Below, piece after piece: positions 24,999-40,389 of a stretch of DNA of 64,000 nt (position 1 is the stretch's first letter; each line of letters begins with the position of its first letter). The stretch comes from the human T2T-CHM13v2.0 reference genome, Homo sapiens. A program made the position numbers and the translations under genes. The notes under the pieces are model-generated. The model was not told the DNA's origin. It was given only the letters and a program-made list of their open reading frames with translations, and searched no databases. The stretch lies in assembly GCF_009914755.1 (NCBI RefSeq), contig NC_060942.1; one strand, given 5' to 3'.

Positions 24999-26197
24999 AC
25001 TGGAAAACCACTACTTGGATGTAGCTCCTCTGAGAGTCAAATCTAATAATAGAAGAGGAACATTTCTTAGGGGAAGAATTAATTTATACACTTAATTACT
25101 CGGGATCCACTTCAAGCTCTCCGTCTTAACGCTCTTTCTTTTGGAGAGAGTTTTTAACTAAACACAGAGTGTTCTGACAGACCCTGAGGACAGCCTGCCT
25201 CATTTAGACAGAGGAGCCCGGCCTCTTCCACCCCTGCCCTCATAGCCCACGCCTCAACCCTCAGGGAGGAGATGAGGGCATCAGCCATGGATCGAGGCCC
25301 CGCCAATGTTCGTATTGATTGGGACCTGGGTGAGAGAAGCTTCAGCTCAGTGAGCTGCTGTCTCACTCCCATGCTCTCTGGGGCTTCCAAGTGGATTTCC
25401 TGCTCGATGGCTTCGCCCCAGCATAACTGTGAAAAATGAAACATTTTTTCTATCTGTTCAAAAATGGGGGCAATAGCCAGGCTCCTCGTCATTCAGAAGG
25501 CCTCTGTCTGAGGAATGGGCTTTTTGTTTTGTTTTGTTTTTAAAAATTTGTTTTATTTGCCAATATCTTGCTAAAGAGTGGAAGAAGGATATAGTCAATT
25601 ATAAAATTGCACAGTATTTGGAAAGGCTTACCTCTGCTGGATTAATGTGAGGCAGGAGAGTTATAATCTGTTTTTGACATCATCAAAAAATGGATTAGAT
25701 TATGGTGTATTATGGAGCCAAACAGATCAGGGAGGCTGCCCCTGACAGCCTTATGGGTTGATCTAACAGACTGGGAACCTGAACACTAGGGTTCCCAAAG
25801 TGAGTTCCAGCTGGGTGCAGAAGGAGCAACTTTCTGTTCCCTGAGAAGTTGCTGATGCAGGCCTGCAATTGTCCACAACTGAGGAGGATAGGAGCTTTGA
25901 AAATGTGGCCAAATGGAATAGACACTCAGGGAGAGGGGAAGAAGTATGTGACCCTTGGCCCCTGATTTGGAATGGGGACCTGTTTAGCCTCCTGGTTTGT
26001 GGTTATCCCATCGGCCTCCTGCATATCCCTCCCCCGTGTCAACGTTTAGAGTTCAGCCATTGTTTATTAATAAGCCCTGTTAAATGCACACCTAATATCT
26101 GAGAGAGAGGAAACAACACAAAATTAACATGTCATCACATTAAGATGAATTTAGGCTCAATCTTTTAGTGCCTTTATAGACTATTTTACTTAAATTA

Positions 26198-26500
<303 letters not shown>

Positions 26501-26529
26501 AAATTATGATATCATGTTGAAAAATATAT

Positions 26530-27475
26530 TTCTTAGGGTCTTATATCCCATTATATATCAATATAAACTCTATATGATACAGAGATAATTATTTTTAAAC
26601 CTCTAGAAAATCTAGAAGAAAATTAAATTGACCGTTTATCAAGCCTCAGGAGAGGGATGAAAATGATTTTTCTAAGCTTAGAAGCAATATAGAAACCCTC
26701 AGAGGAAAAGAGTGACAAATTTGACAATATAGAAGAACAAAACACTTCTGCATGTTAAAAAAAAAGGCAACCAAGAGATTGAAAAAATATTAGTAGCTAC
26801 TATGACAAAGAGTTAAAATCTTTGTTATTTAAGATGATCATACTAATTTACAAGAAAATATCAAGTTCCAATAATAAGCTAAGAACATCAACATAATTTA
26901 TAGAAAACACAACCAGTAAACAAAAATATTGAAAGATGTTCAGCTTCACTAGAAATCAAATAAATGTAAATTAAACAAATAAATGAAAATTTAAAGAAGT
27001 AATCCTTCTGTGTATTTTTTTAAAAATCTTTTTAAATGAAAATTCTTAATATTAACAAGAGTGTCCTGAATATTTGTTGAATATTCCTGGTGATCTTGTA
27101 AAAAGATAAGACCCTTTCAGAAAGCAATCCAAAGTCATAAAAATGTTTATACCCTTTGACCCAGGAATCCCACTTCTGGGACTCTAATCTGTGGAACTAC
27201 TCTAAAAGATAAAAAAAAAAAAAAAAAAACAAGTTAATGTTTTTATTGCAGTGTGGCTTATAGCAACAAAAATCAGAAACAACCCAACACCAACAAGAGG
27301 TGCTTGTCTCACATCCATTCAGTGGAATATTAGTCAATCTTAAAATGATGACCATGTGGAAAAGGGCTCCATTTACTATTAGATGAAAATTTAGTATACA
27401 AAATTGGATGTAAACTTGGATTTCCAGTGAAAAACATGCAAATATGAAAAAAAATAGAAACACATCAAAAATACT
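26530..27475 (+). mobile_element. Very old L1M fragments
   Basis: A-rich degenerate ORF2 end: GAAAGATGTTCAGCTTCACTAGAAATCAAATAAATGTAAATTAAA and ATACCCTTTGACCCAGGAATCCCACTTCTGGGA. Confidence 0.7.
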
Positions 27476-28248
27476 TTGAGATCACTGTGCATCTACCAGA
27501 ATGAATGCAATTTTTAAAAACAAAGAAACATACTGACCTCACCAAGTACTCACAAGTTTGTGAGCAACTGGAAGCCCCATGCATTGCTGGTGGGATGATG
27601 CTACTACGACAAAGTGGTGCAGCCACTTCAGAAAGCAACTGGGCAGTTTCCTATGAAGCTAAACATAAACTTACCATATGACCTAGCAGTCCCACTCCTG
27701 AGTATTTACCCAAGAGACATGAAAGAGAATATTATCAAAGAGAATATTCACATGCAACCAAAAGGCTGTATGTGTATGTGTAAAGCTGCTTATAGCACCT
27801 TAATCATAATTGCCAAAAAATGAAAATAACTCGAATGTTCATCCACTGAAGAATGGATAATCAAACTGTGGTACATCCATACGGTGGAATGTTAGTCAGC
27901 AATAAAAAGGAATGAACTACTGATACGTGCATCATAGATAAACCCCAAAAGCATTATGCTAAGTGAAAGAAGCCGGACATGAGAGGCTACATACTACATT
28001 ATTCTAAATATTTATATGACATTTTGGAAAATGCAAAATTATAGAGACAGAGGACAGATAAGGTGTTGTCAGGAGCTTTATGTGGAGAAAGAAGATTGAC
28101 TGCAAAGGAGCACAAAAGGAAACATTTTTGACGAGGCTGTTCTGTCTCTTGATTGTGGAGTTGGCTACATGACTCTGAATTTATTAAAATTCATAGAACC
28201 GTATTCCTCGAAAAAGGTGATGTTTTTCTGTACATAAGTTATACCTCC
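27476..28248 (+). mobile_element. L1ME1-like 3' end nested in older L1M
   Basis: TTACCATATGACCTAGCAGTCCCACTCCTGAGTATTTACCCAAGAG; GCATTATGCTAAGTGAAAGAAGCC; GATTGACTGCAAAGGAGCAC. Confidence 0.8.
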
Positions 28249-28699
28249 TAACCTGGCTGCCATACCCCAGAAAGCTATCCATAGTTCTGGTGAAACAGTA
28301 AGATTATTATGGGTGATTCTTTTCTCCATTTTCAGATTTTCCAACGTAACTTTGAAAAACAAATTATATAAATATATTATTAATATATATATAATCTGTA
28401 TGTCTGTTGCTGTCATAAGGGAGGAATAATCCACGAGTAGGGGCACATTTGTCTAAATATGTATAATACTTCTATTCAAAGAGCCACTGAGCAGAAGCTA
28501 GCAATGTGAAAATCCTTTGCAAAATAAAATCTCAGAACCAGGAGGCTACTCTCCCATTGGCTCTACCTCTCTTTGGATTTTTTAAAGAGCTCTACTTTTC
28601 ACCTGACCTGACTCTAGCTCTCAAATTAGCAATAAGTAGTAAAGGAACTGTATGCATTTCATTGGAAAAAAAAAAGACTTGGAAGTGGAATTTATCTCA

Positions 28700-31310
28700 G
28701 ATATGCAAGATTGGTTAAACATATGAAAATATATCAATGTAGTATACCATATTGAAAGAATAAAGGACCAAACCTACATGCTCATCTCAATAGCTATAGA
28801 AGATGCATTTGACAAAAAATCCAACACCCTTTCATGATAGAAACACTCAATATACTTAGAACTTCCTCAACCTGATAAACAGCATCTACAAAATACTCAC
28901 AGTTAACATTATATTTAATGGTAAAAAACTGATCAGGAATACAGTAAAAATGTCTACTCTTGCCAATTCTATTCCACGTTATACCAGAGGTTCTAGCTAG
29001 TGCAGTTAGGCAAGGAAAAGAAGTAAAAGTTATCAGATTGAAAAGAAAGAATTAAAATTATCTCTGTTTGCATGTGACATGATTTTGTACATAGATAATA
29101 ATCCTAAAAATAAAACTACAAAAACCCCTATGAGAACTAATAAAAGAGTTCAGTAAAGTTGTAGAATACAAAATCAATATATAAAAATAAATTCTATTTC
29201 TATACACTGGCAATAAACAATCAAAAAATGATACTGAGAAAACAATTCCATTTGCAATAGCATCAAAAAGAATAAAATACCCAGGAATAAATTTAACCAA
29301 AAAAAGTGAAAGACAAATGTAGAAAATTAAAGAAGATCTAAATCAATGGGAAGATCCAATATTCATAGATCAGGAGACTTCTTTTTAAGATGTCAGTATT
29401 CTCCACATTAACCTACAGATACAGCACAGTCTCCATCCAAATACTAGCTATATTTTTGCATAAATCAACAATCTGATTCTAAAACTTATATGGAAATGCA
29501 AGGGACCCAGAATAACCAAAACATGAAAAAGAACAAAGTTGGAGAACCCATACTTTCTAATTTCAAAACATATTACAAGCTATGATAATCAAGACTGTGA
29601 TACTAGCCCATTGCTCTATGTATCAACAGAATAAAATTGAGAGTTCAAAAATCAGCCTTTACATTTATGGTCAGTTGATTTTCAACAGGGGTGGCAAGAT
29701 TCAATGGGTAAAGAATAGTCTTTTAAAAAATGGTGCTGGATGTCCTGACGCAGTGGCACACACCTGCAATCCCAGCAATTTGGGAGGTTGAAGCAGGCAG
29801 ATTGCTTGAGTCCAGGAGTTCAAGACCAGCCTGGGCAACATGGTGAAATTCCGTCTCTACTAAAAATACAAAAAATTAGCCAAGCGTGATGGCACACACC
29901 TATGGTCCCAACTACTTGGGAGGCTGAGGTGGGAGGATCACCTGAGCTCCAGAAGCAGAGCCTACAGTGAGCTAAGATCATGCCAATACACTCCAGCCTT
30001 GATGACAGGAGTGAGACCCTGCCTCAAAATTAAATAAATTAATTAATTAAAATAAAAATTAAAAATAGTGCTGGGACAAATGGGTACCCACAAGCAAAAG
30101 AATGAAGTTAGTCCCCTACCTCACATCGTAGGCAAAAATCAGCTCAAAAGGGATGAAAGGCCTAAATGTTAGAGCTAACCATTAACATAAAATTCTTAGA
30201 AGCAAATATAGGTGCAAATCTTTCAGACCTTGTATTAGTCAATGGCTTCTTAGATATAACTCCAAAAGTACAACAACGAAAGGAAAAATAGATACATTGG
30301 ACTTCATCAAAATTGAAAAATTTTGTGCTTCAAAGAACACCATCATGAAAGTAAAAATACAACCCACAGAATGGAAGAAAATATTGACAGATTGTGTATT
30401 TCATAAGGAATTTGATTCTGTAATATATATAAAGAACTCTTACAACTCAACAATAAAAGTACAAATAATCAAATTTTAAAGTGGACAAAGAATCTGAATA
30501 GACATTTATCCAAAGAAGATATTCAAATGGTAAATAAACATGACAAGATGATCAGGATCATTAGTCATTAGGAAAATGCAAGTCAAACTACAATGAGGTC
30601 TAACTTCACATCCACTAAATAGCTCTAATAAAAGCAATGGATACGAACAATTACTGGTGAAAATGTGGAGAAATTGGGAATCCTCATACATTGCTGGTGG
30701 GAATGTAAAATAGTGCAGCCACTTTGGAAAAGTTGGGCAGTTCTTCAAAGATTAAATGTGGAGTTACCATATGACCCAGCAATTCCACTCAAAGAGAACT
30801 GAAAACATATGTCCACACAAAACTTATACATGAATGTTTATAGCAGCATTATTTATAATAGCTAAAAACTGGAAACAACCCAAACTCTATCAATAGATGA
30901 GTGGGTAAACAAAATTTAGTATATGCACATAAAGGAATATTATTTGTCAATAAAAAGGGAATATGGTTCTGATACATGCCACAACATGGATGAACCTTGA
31001 AAACATTATGAAAAGTGAAAGACACTGCTCACAAAGACCACATATTATGTGATTGCATTTATATAAAATATTCAAAATAGGTGAATGTATAGAGACAGAA
31101 AGTAGACGAGTGGTTGCCAGGAACTGAGGACAGTGTGGCAAAAGGAATGATTCTGTGGGTACAGGGTTTCTTTTTGGAGTGATGAAAATGTTCTGAAATC
31201 AGATAGTGTTAATAGTTGCACCACTTGAACATACTAAAAACCAGTGAATTCTACACTTTAAAGGGGTGATTTTTATGATAAATGAGTTATACCAATCAAA
31301 AAATGAATGA
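28700..31310 (+). mobile_element. L1MB-like, 5'-truncated (degraded ORF2 plus 3' UTR), interrupted by AluJ
   Basis: ORF2 remnants (MDFIKIEKFCASKNTIMKVKIQPTEWKKI; CTGTTTGCATGTGACATGATT at the FADD site) and an L1MB 3' UTR GGGTACAGGGTTTCTTTTTGGAGTGATGAAAATGTTCTG. Confidence 0.9.
29741..30060 (+). mobile_element. AluJ inside L1MB
   Basis: Diverged dimer; TSD AAAAATGGTGCTGG (29726-29739) / AAAAATAGTGCTGG (30061-30074). Confidence 0.95.
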
Positions 31311-33002
31311 ATATAAAAGACAAGAAAGGAACTAGGGTGGGTGGGTGGAGGGTTCAGCGCAAAGTGTATCTAAAGATCTGACAGGCTGTGTACTAAAGAA
31401 TCAGCTGGTACTAAAGAATCAGCATCAGCTTCAGAGTTTTCTAGCCATTGGACTTCCCTGGGAGCAATAGAGAGGTCATGGGATGGGCATTGTCCAGGCC
31501 GCCACTGGTTGGCGAGTTTAGACTAGCTTTGGCTGACCTCCTGATCTCTGTCGCCTAAAGCAAACTGTTCCTCTATATTTCAGCCACTCACAGGCACACA
31601 TCACTGACTGTGCCTGTATTGCAAATATCTGAGCACACATTTTTTTTTTCTCTTTGATTATAAAGTCTTTAAGTGGAAGGACTATGCCCCAATGTGTCAA
31701 CTCAGTCACTTGGACACGGTAGATGTGTCTAAATGTTAAGTGGTGAAAACCATAAAGTAGGGGCAATTTCTATTGGTGTATCTTCCTTCTATAGCTCTTT
31801 CTCAGGGGCTCCAGGGGTTCCTCAACCTGCTCCTTGACATGTCCCTGGTGACCTGAGGGTTCTGGATGTGGGGTGACACTGCAGGGAGGGGCTCAGTTTA
31901 AGCCAGTGTATTTTCCTCCCTGGCATAGTGCCTCCTTACTTTGGATGACTGCATCCCACATCATATCAAAGATTACAAATGAACTCATTGGTACACAAAT
32001 ACATGGAATCTCATTTATATTTAACTATCTGAGTTGAGTTGTGGTTGAATAGTTGGCAAAACAATACACTCTGCAAACATTTGATTGAAGTTTAATTAAT
32101 TTTGATTTTGCAATTTTCTTATTTTAGAACCTTTTTTTTTCAAGTTTGCAAAAATAATTTTACAGGCTCTCGCAAAGCACTTCATTCAGCCCAAGGCATC
32201 ATGTTGCCCGAGGCAGCATATTGGATGAGAGTCCCTGCTTTGTAGGCACTGTCTGGGAACAGATGGAGAGGCATTTGGGGGAACATGGAGTCGCTCCTGG
32301 GCCGTAGAATTTCTCCTCTAAGGCGGTTTGCCTACTGCACCCACGTTTTGACTACTGCACCCACGTTTTGACTGGGCCTGTCCCTTTAAGTGGTAAGCAG
32401 CCCCCTGGCCCAGCACCTCAGAGAACCACCCCCCCCGCAGTGCCCACTCCATTGCCTGTCTCAGGGCCCAATGCTGCCCAGCAGTGGCATAGAAGTGGGA
32501 CACATAGGTGTTGACAAAGATTAGGAAAGATCGATGAACACGGACGCAGATTCATTCCCAGCTGCTGAACTAATCAGTTGGTTTTCACATGCACTTTATT
32601 CCCCTGTCATATCAGCCACAAATACCTGCTTTAACGCTTGGGATCAGTCCTGCGCCAGCCAAATTGATTATATTATTTGGTTTGCTTTAGGAGGAGAAAT
32701 GGAAAAGACCTTTGCCCTCCCCTATATATATATAAAATATAAAAAAAGCTAAAGCAAAAACAAGTAAAATAACAATTGCAGGTTCTGTCGGAGTAGAAGA
32801 AAGAGCCTGCGTGCTGGGTTCAGATAATACTTTTGAGAAATTAAACGACCATATCATCCTGAGTCTTGGTCTCCAATCCATTGGTCCATGATAGCAAGAG
32901 GCCCGGAGAGAAGACAAGGGTTTCTCTAGACCTCACGAGCACAAGTAGAAGGAAGTGAATCCCTGGGCTAGAAAGTGGCTTTGCTTAGAAAGAGGGGAAA
33001 CA

Positions 33003-33464
<462 letters not shown>

Positions 33465-33955
33465 TTACCTGGTCTTGGGGGCTGTGATGGAGGCATTCCT
33501 TCCTTGGGAACTTACAGGAGGGTACCCATTTATTCTAAAACCACCCTGCTGGAAGGAAGCAGTGAAAACAAGCAGTCTGGTCTCCTTTATTTATACAAAG
33601 GATAAATTAAGGATCAGAGAGAAAAGAGACTTAGGCCACATGACTCAGTACCAACAGAGCCAGGACTACAATTCAGATCTCTTCAATCCCATCCAGGGCT
33701 CCTGCCATATGATCATTCATGATTCAGGGCCAGGGTGACTCCACAAGGTCGTGTCAGCCCATACCACCTATTTAAGCTGTAGAGGGGAGTGAGCCACCTG
33801 TCTCTTCTCAGCTGGAGACACCCTCTCTGGTCCTAAGTAACCAGCCATTGGTTGTAACCCCCTGGAGGACCCCCAAGAAGGGAAGGGCAAGATGTGAACT
33901 AAAACACCAAAGTGTTAACATCAGAGGCCTGTCTGCTCAGGCCCTGACAGGGAGT

Positions 33956-34846
33956 TGATGGGATTCAGGACACACTACCCCAAAATATGAGGTATTTTGA
34001 GAAAATTTTTCTCGGGATTTGAGAAAACAGCAGAGGCAGGAAGGCCTCTCTAACCTTCTTCCTTAAGGCAGGCCATAAAAGAAATCCCTCCTCCAAAGTA
34101 GGTCATAAGACCCCCATTTGAGAGGCACCCTCCCTGTATCTAAAGAAAAGAAATATCCTAATATCTGAAGACACAAGGTTGCAGAGAAGAATCTGAACAA
34201 GTAGGCCTTGCTAAATTCCTTTTAGTTTATTACCATAAGATCATACCCGCTTTGTCCAATCACACTTCTACACAACTGTCTGCTCGTCATCAAACCTAAG
34301 TAGAGTCATGGGCTGAGTAATGACTTTTCAGTCAATGATGAACCACATATACAATAGTGGCCCTGTAAGATTATAATGGAGCCCTAGAGAGGTGTACCAT
34401 TTAAAATCTGCTATATTTTTACTGTGCCTTTTCTATGTTTAGACACACAGATACCACTGTTACAACTGTCTACAATATTTAGTAATGTAACTTGCTATAC
34501 AGGGTTGTAGCCTGGGAGCAATAGGCCTATCCTGTATTCTAGATGTGTAGTAGGCTGTACCATCCAGGTTTGGGGAACTACACTCTGATGTTTGCACAAT
34601 GATGAAATCACCTGATAATGCATTTCTCAGAACATAGCCCCATCCTTGAGTGACGCATGACTGTATAAAAATACACAGGTTTCCTTGTTTCTTTGGGTCT
34701 TCATTTCTGAAGGCTCCCATGCCATGTAAAATTTACATTAAGTAAATCTGTATGGTTTTCTCTTGTTAGTCTGTGTTTTTTTTATAGAAGCCTCAGTCAT
34801 AAACCTAGCGATGGGTGAAAAGATATATTTTTTTTAATCCCCTACA
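33956..34846 (+). mobile_element. MER39-like ERV1 solo LTR, split by Tigger3
   Basis: TGATGGGATTCAGGACACACTACCCCAAAATATG start; GAGAAGAATCTGAACAA; TTTGGGTCTTCATTTCTGAAGGCTCC; CCCTACA end. Confidence 0.85.
34303..34663 (+). mobile_element. Tigger3 (MER7)-type Tc-mariner MITE
   Basis: TIRs (G)AGTCATG / CATGACTG with TA on both sides; internal TTTTTACTGTGCCTTTTCTATGTTTAGA and GCATTTCTCAGAAC. Confidence 0.9.
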
Positions 34847-35259
34847 GAACCCACAAAGGCTTCTGAGAAAGGGCAGGTGTACCAGGGCAGAAAAACAGGA
34901 GTGTGACACCAGTGCATAAGGGGCAGGCTGCCCTGGTGGCTCATCTGAGAGCCTCATGAGCCGGCCCACCCTCTCCAAATTCCATTTGAGGAGTAGGAAT
35001 TCTGTGGTCTAGTCTTGGATGCAGACCAGTCTCTGCCTTCCAGCAGTGACTCTGAGTCTCTGGACCTCAATTGCTCACCTTTGAAATGAGTGAGCAAGAG
35101 TAGACAATATCTCCCAGCTCTAGAGCAGAATGGGTCTCTCTGGTCTTAGGGGTCTTCTTTCCTTATCTTCAAATAAAGGACACCAAATTCTCTACTGACT
35201 GCCATTTCTCTGTAGCTCTACCCTGCCTTCCTTTCTTGGTAGGAAAACTTTTTGTAGGA

Positions 35260-36866
<1,607 letters not shown>

Positions 36867-37694
36867 ATGATTATCTCTGGGAGTGGAGTTTGGGAATCCG
36901 TATTTAAAATACATTCGGCAACTAAAGTCAAGAACTACTATGCATAAGATCTAATGTATTTCCCAGGTAGGATAAAGCAAGATTTTCCATTTCTAAAGAT
37001 TATGATGGGCAATGCTTATCCTAAAGGAATAAATCTCCAGTAGTCCAATTGCAAGTCCCGTGACTTATGTTGAAAAGATATGGGTCTAGGGCTCTTTGCC
37101 CTGTGTTTTTGAGGCACAGAAGATGGTTATGTTTGCTTCCCCATGTTACTGGCCCTGCCTTTAGCTCAACAGCTGGGAGATAAAGTGCCTCCTGTCTTCC
37201 TTGAAAGGAATCAATAGTAAGAATGAGTACTTGGCTCTCTCCAAAAGGTCAGCTTGACACCTGAGTTCTCAGGCTACTCTCTTGATTCCTCCTCCCCATT
37301 AATGGGGAAGCCTTCTCCTGCCTGGCAGACAACTTTCTAAGAACAAATTTATAATCCGATTCTGAGAAATATTATGGAGATTAAGATAGTATCTCAGGGT
37401 TCATTTGGTTTGGCCCCTTGAAGAATGGGACGTAGGTGCAGAGCAAAGGTCAGCGTGTGCCCAGCACATGTGAGCATGGGTACAAGAAGAGAGTGTAGGT
37501 AGAGATGTGTGTTAGCAGTGAAATGTGCCACAAATGGGAAGGATTCTCTCTGCATGGACATACGTGGCACTATATGTAGCCCATGTGCCTAGTGGTGGGT
37601 ATGCAGAGGCACGAGCAGATAAATGTTGGTGCATGTGTTTACATGTGTGACACAAATTAGTGCATTTGCATGTGTACTAGACAATGCTTTGCCA

Positions 37695-37835
37695 GAGTCT
37701 GTGACCACGTAACCATGTGACTCCAAGCAGTCACTTAATTTTCCTCATCTGTAGACTGGTACAGCTAACCAAACCTATGCATTTTGCATGTTTGTTGATG
37801 GGAATAAATGAGATCATGGAAGGAACATTCTTTTT
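37695..37835 (+). mobile_element. MIR fragment
   Basis: AACCATGTGACTCCAAGCAGTCACTTAATTTTCCTCATCTGTA...GGAATAAATGAGAT. Confidence 0.6.
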
Positions 37836-37919
37836 ACAGGAAAGCTACCAACATGTTACTTAGATTGCAAATCTTTTCGCATGTAACCTCGGGCCACACA
37901 CTTGCCTGTGGCTACCCAC

Positions 37920-38650
37920 AGTCGCCGCCCCACCCCTCCCCTCAGCCTTTCAGTACAGGGATGCCCCGTTCAAGAAAACCTAATATACAAAAGCAGAAGT
38001 CCCAAACACAAGCGAGACAATTAACCTGCGGGGCGAGGTTACCAAGGGCGGGCTGGGATCCTGTGGTTTAGAAAATATCTGGGCCCCCTGGTCCAGCGCC
38101 CCACCCCCATCCTGTACATCCCACCTCTTGCAAAGCCGCGGGGAGGAGGTGGATTATCTTTTTTTTCTTTTTTCTTTTTTTTTTTTAATGAATAGGACGG
38201 GCTGTGGGCGCCTGGCAGGCCCCATCTGTCCGCTGCCCCAACTCAATTTGATTCCCATTCACCCGCCTTTGTTTGCCTCCTTTTTTTGATCAGCAATGTT
38301 GTGGGGGGTGGGAGTGCAAAGGCTTAATGTTCTCGACGGCGTGATGGAGCCCCGACCCCTCCCAGTCCCCCGCCCCCTTGGCCGCCGTGGCCCAGCGTTC
38401 CTAGAGGTGAGGGTCCCCGCGCTGCAGGCCGGCCCTCAACCACGCGGAGCCCAGGCTAGCGGGGAGCGGAGGCGGTGGCAGTTAGCAGGCCGAGGGGAAG
38501 GTGCTGGTTTTTTCGGGTCGTGGGGCCTGGGTGGCTGCTGCCCCCAGGATGGGATCAAAATGCACCTACCAGTGACAGGGGCCTCTCTACTGCGCGGGGA
38601 GAGGGAGGCGCCCACAACGGAGCTTAATGGGAGCCACCCGGATTTCCAAG
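37920..38650. promoter_or_regulatory. CpG-island-like segment with no associated ORF
   Basis: About two dozen CpGs (hand count) in 38330-38640 in non-repeat GC-rich sequence, against a CpG-depleted background. Confidence 0.7.
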
Positions 38651-40389
38651 TGGTTGGGAACTGCACATCTGGAGGTGGCACCTCTGTAAACCATTTCACT
38701 CCCTTTTAAATAGAAAAGATAATAGAGCAGCCCCATTTAAAAACTCACCCATAATCCCATAGCCTGAGTGCTAAAACCATTTTGGAATTTTCTTATGATC
38801 ACTGGTGGCCAGTTTTGTTGGGTGTTTTTTGTTTGTTTGTTTTTCGCGGGGGGGGGGGTGTGGTTGCTGTTTTGGTTTGTTTTACAAATTGCCATCCTGA
38901 GTGAAAGGGACCTAGGGAACTTCAGAAGGGGCTTGACAAAGTGTCACCAGCCCATTTTATAGATGGCCTGCCCAGAGAGGAAAGAGCCCAGGCCCCCAGA
39001 CTCCTGGCTCAGGGTTGGCATTGCAGCTAGGGTCAAGATTATGGAAGATTGAGGGAGTCAGCCAGCTACCCTCCAAACTACTCTCCAGTAGTTTGCCAAA
39101 GCCTAGAGGCACAGGTACCAGCTCAACAGGAAAGAAATTAACTCCCAGCATCCTCTGGGGAGCTGAGGATCTAAAATCAGATAACAGCAGTAAAGATTAG
39201 TCCAGAAGCCTCCACTGTGTGGGCCATGCCAGTGAGAGGCAGGAAGGCTCAGTTTAAGACTTAGGTTGATAAATAGGGCTGTGCTGTCTGGTATTTTGGG
39301 GAGAACCCATTTCTGCCTGGCAGGGGACACTAGAATGTGACTCTGCATCTCGATGTGCAGTTTTTCATGGGTCACAGTTGGCATAGGCTACAGCTGAAAA
39401 CTCTAGGCTTCCTGGTTATCCAACAGCTATCTCCAAGCAACTTTTGTCTTCAAGGAGTTCATATCCTCAAAGAAATGTAATACCTAGGCCCATAACTATA
39501 GGAGGTGGTGGAAAGTTTTGGAGCCCTAACAGGTACAGGCAATGGGCCATGGAAATAGGAGATGGTCACAGGGAAGGTTTGATGGAGGAGGAGACTGAGC
39601 TGGGTTTAGGTGGAGGAGATGGGGCTCTGGGAACGGAGCCTGGAGACACTTTTGCAGAGAGGTGAGTCAAAGCAGAAGCTGGGACAAAGTCAAGTATGTA
39701 TTGTGGACAGTAACTGGAAAAAGGTCCACAATGCAGGTGCCAAGGTGATGGGGCAGGTGACCTGGGTCAGGGGGCAGCACCAGTAGAAGCCCTGAGGTAA
39801 GGGATATGAGCATTGGCTGCAAGAGGGTTGGTGATCCATTTGGTTGCCCAGCATTATCAGGAGCCTGAAAGGAAAAATGTCTTTTCACATGAAGACAGCA
39901 TTTTTCACATACTTATGGGTGTGTGTGATTGATAAACATACAAATGCATTTAAAGGCATTATCACATTCTTAAAAAATTTGATCATTCTCAATTTTCTCA
40001 GTTGATCGATGCTATTCTCAAGCGGAGTCCTTGAAATTTACATGAAAAGGCATCCCCCCACGTGAAAAGGTCCTTAGTGTTTCTGGAGAGTGTCCTCTGA
40101 GCCTTGCCTGTGCTCAGAGGAGAGATAAAAAGGATGTTCATACCTCCAGGAGATAAGACTCAAATACGCTAACAACAGAAAAAATGTCATGAGGGAAAGA
40201 ATGACCAGGTGCCAAACCCAGTATAATCTAGGGGCCAAATGACGGCATTATAGACATTCAGAGGAGAAATCTCTGTGGGTGGGTTAGCAGGATGGGGTTT
40301 ATGGGCAAGATAGGATTTGATTAATCCTTAAAGGATATGTGGTAATTGGATAGGTAGATGAGCAAATGGCATATGTGCTTCTAGGTAAT

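Noticed and set aside
38296-38709. 137-aa ORF in CpG island 1
   Set aside because: Gly/Pro/Arg-rich frame explained by GC content; no domain or supported splice structure.
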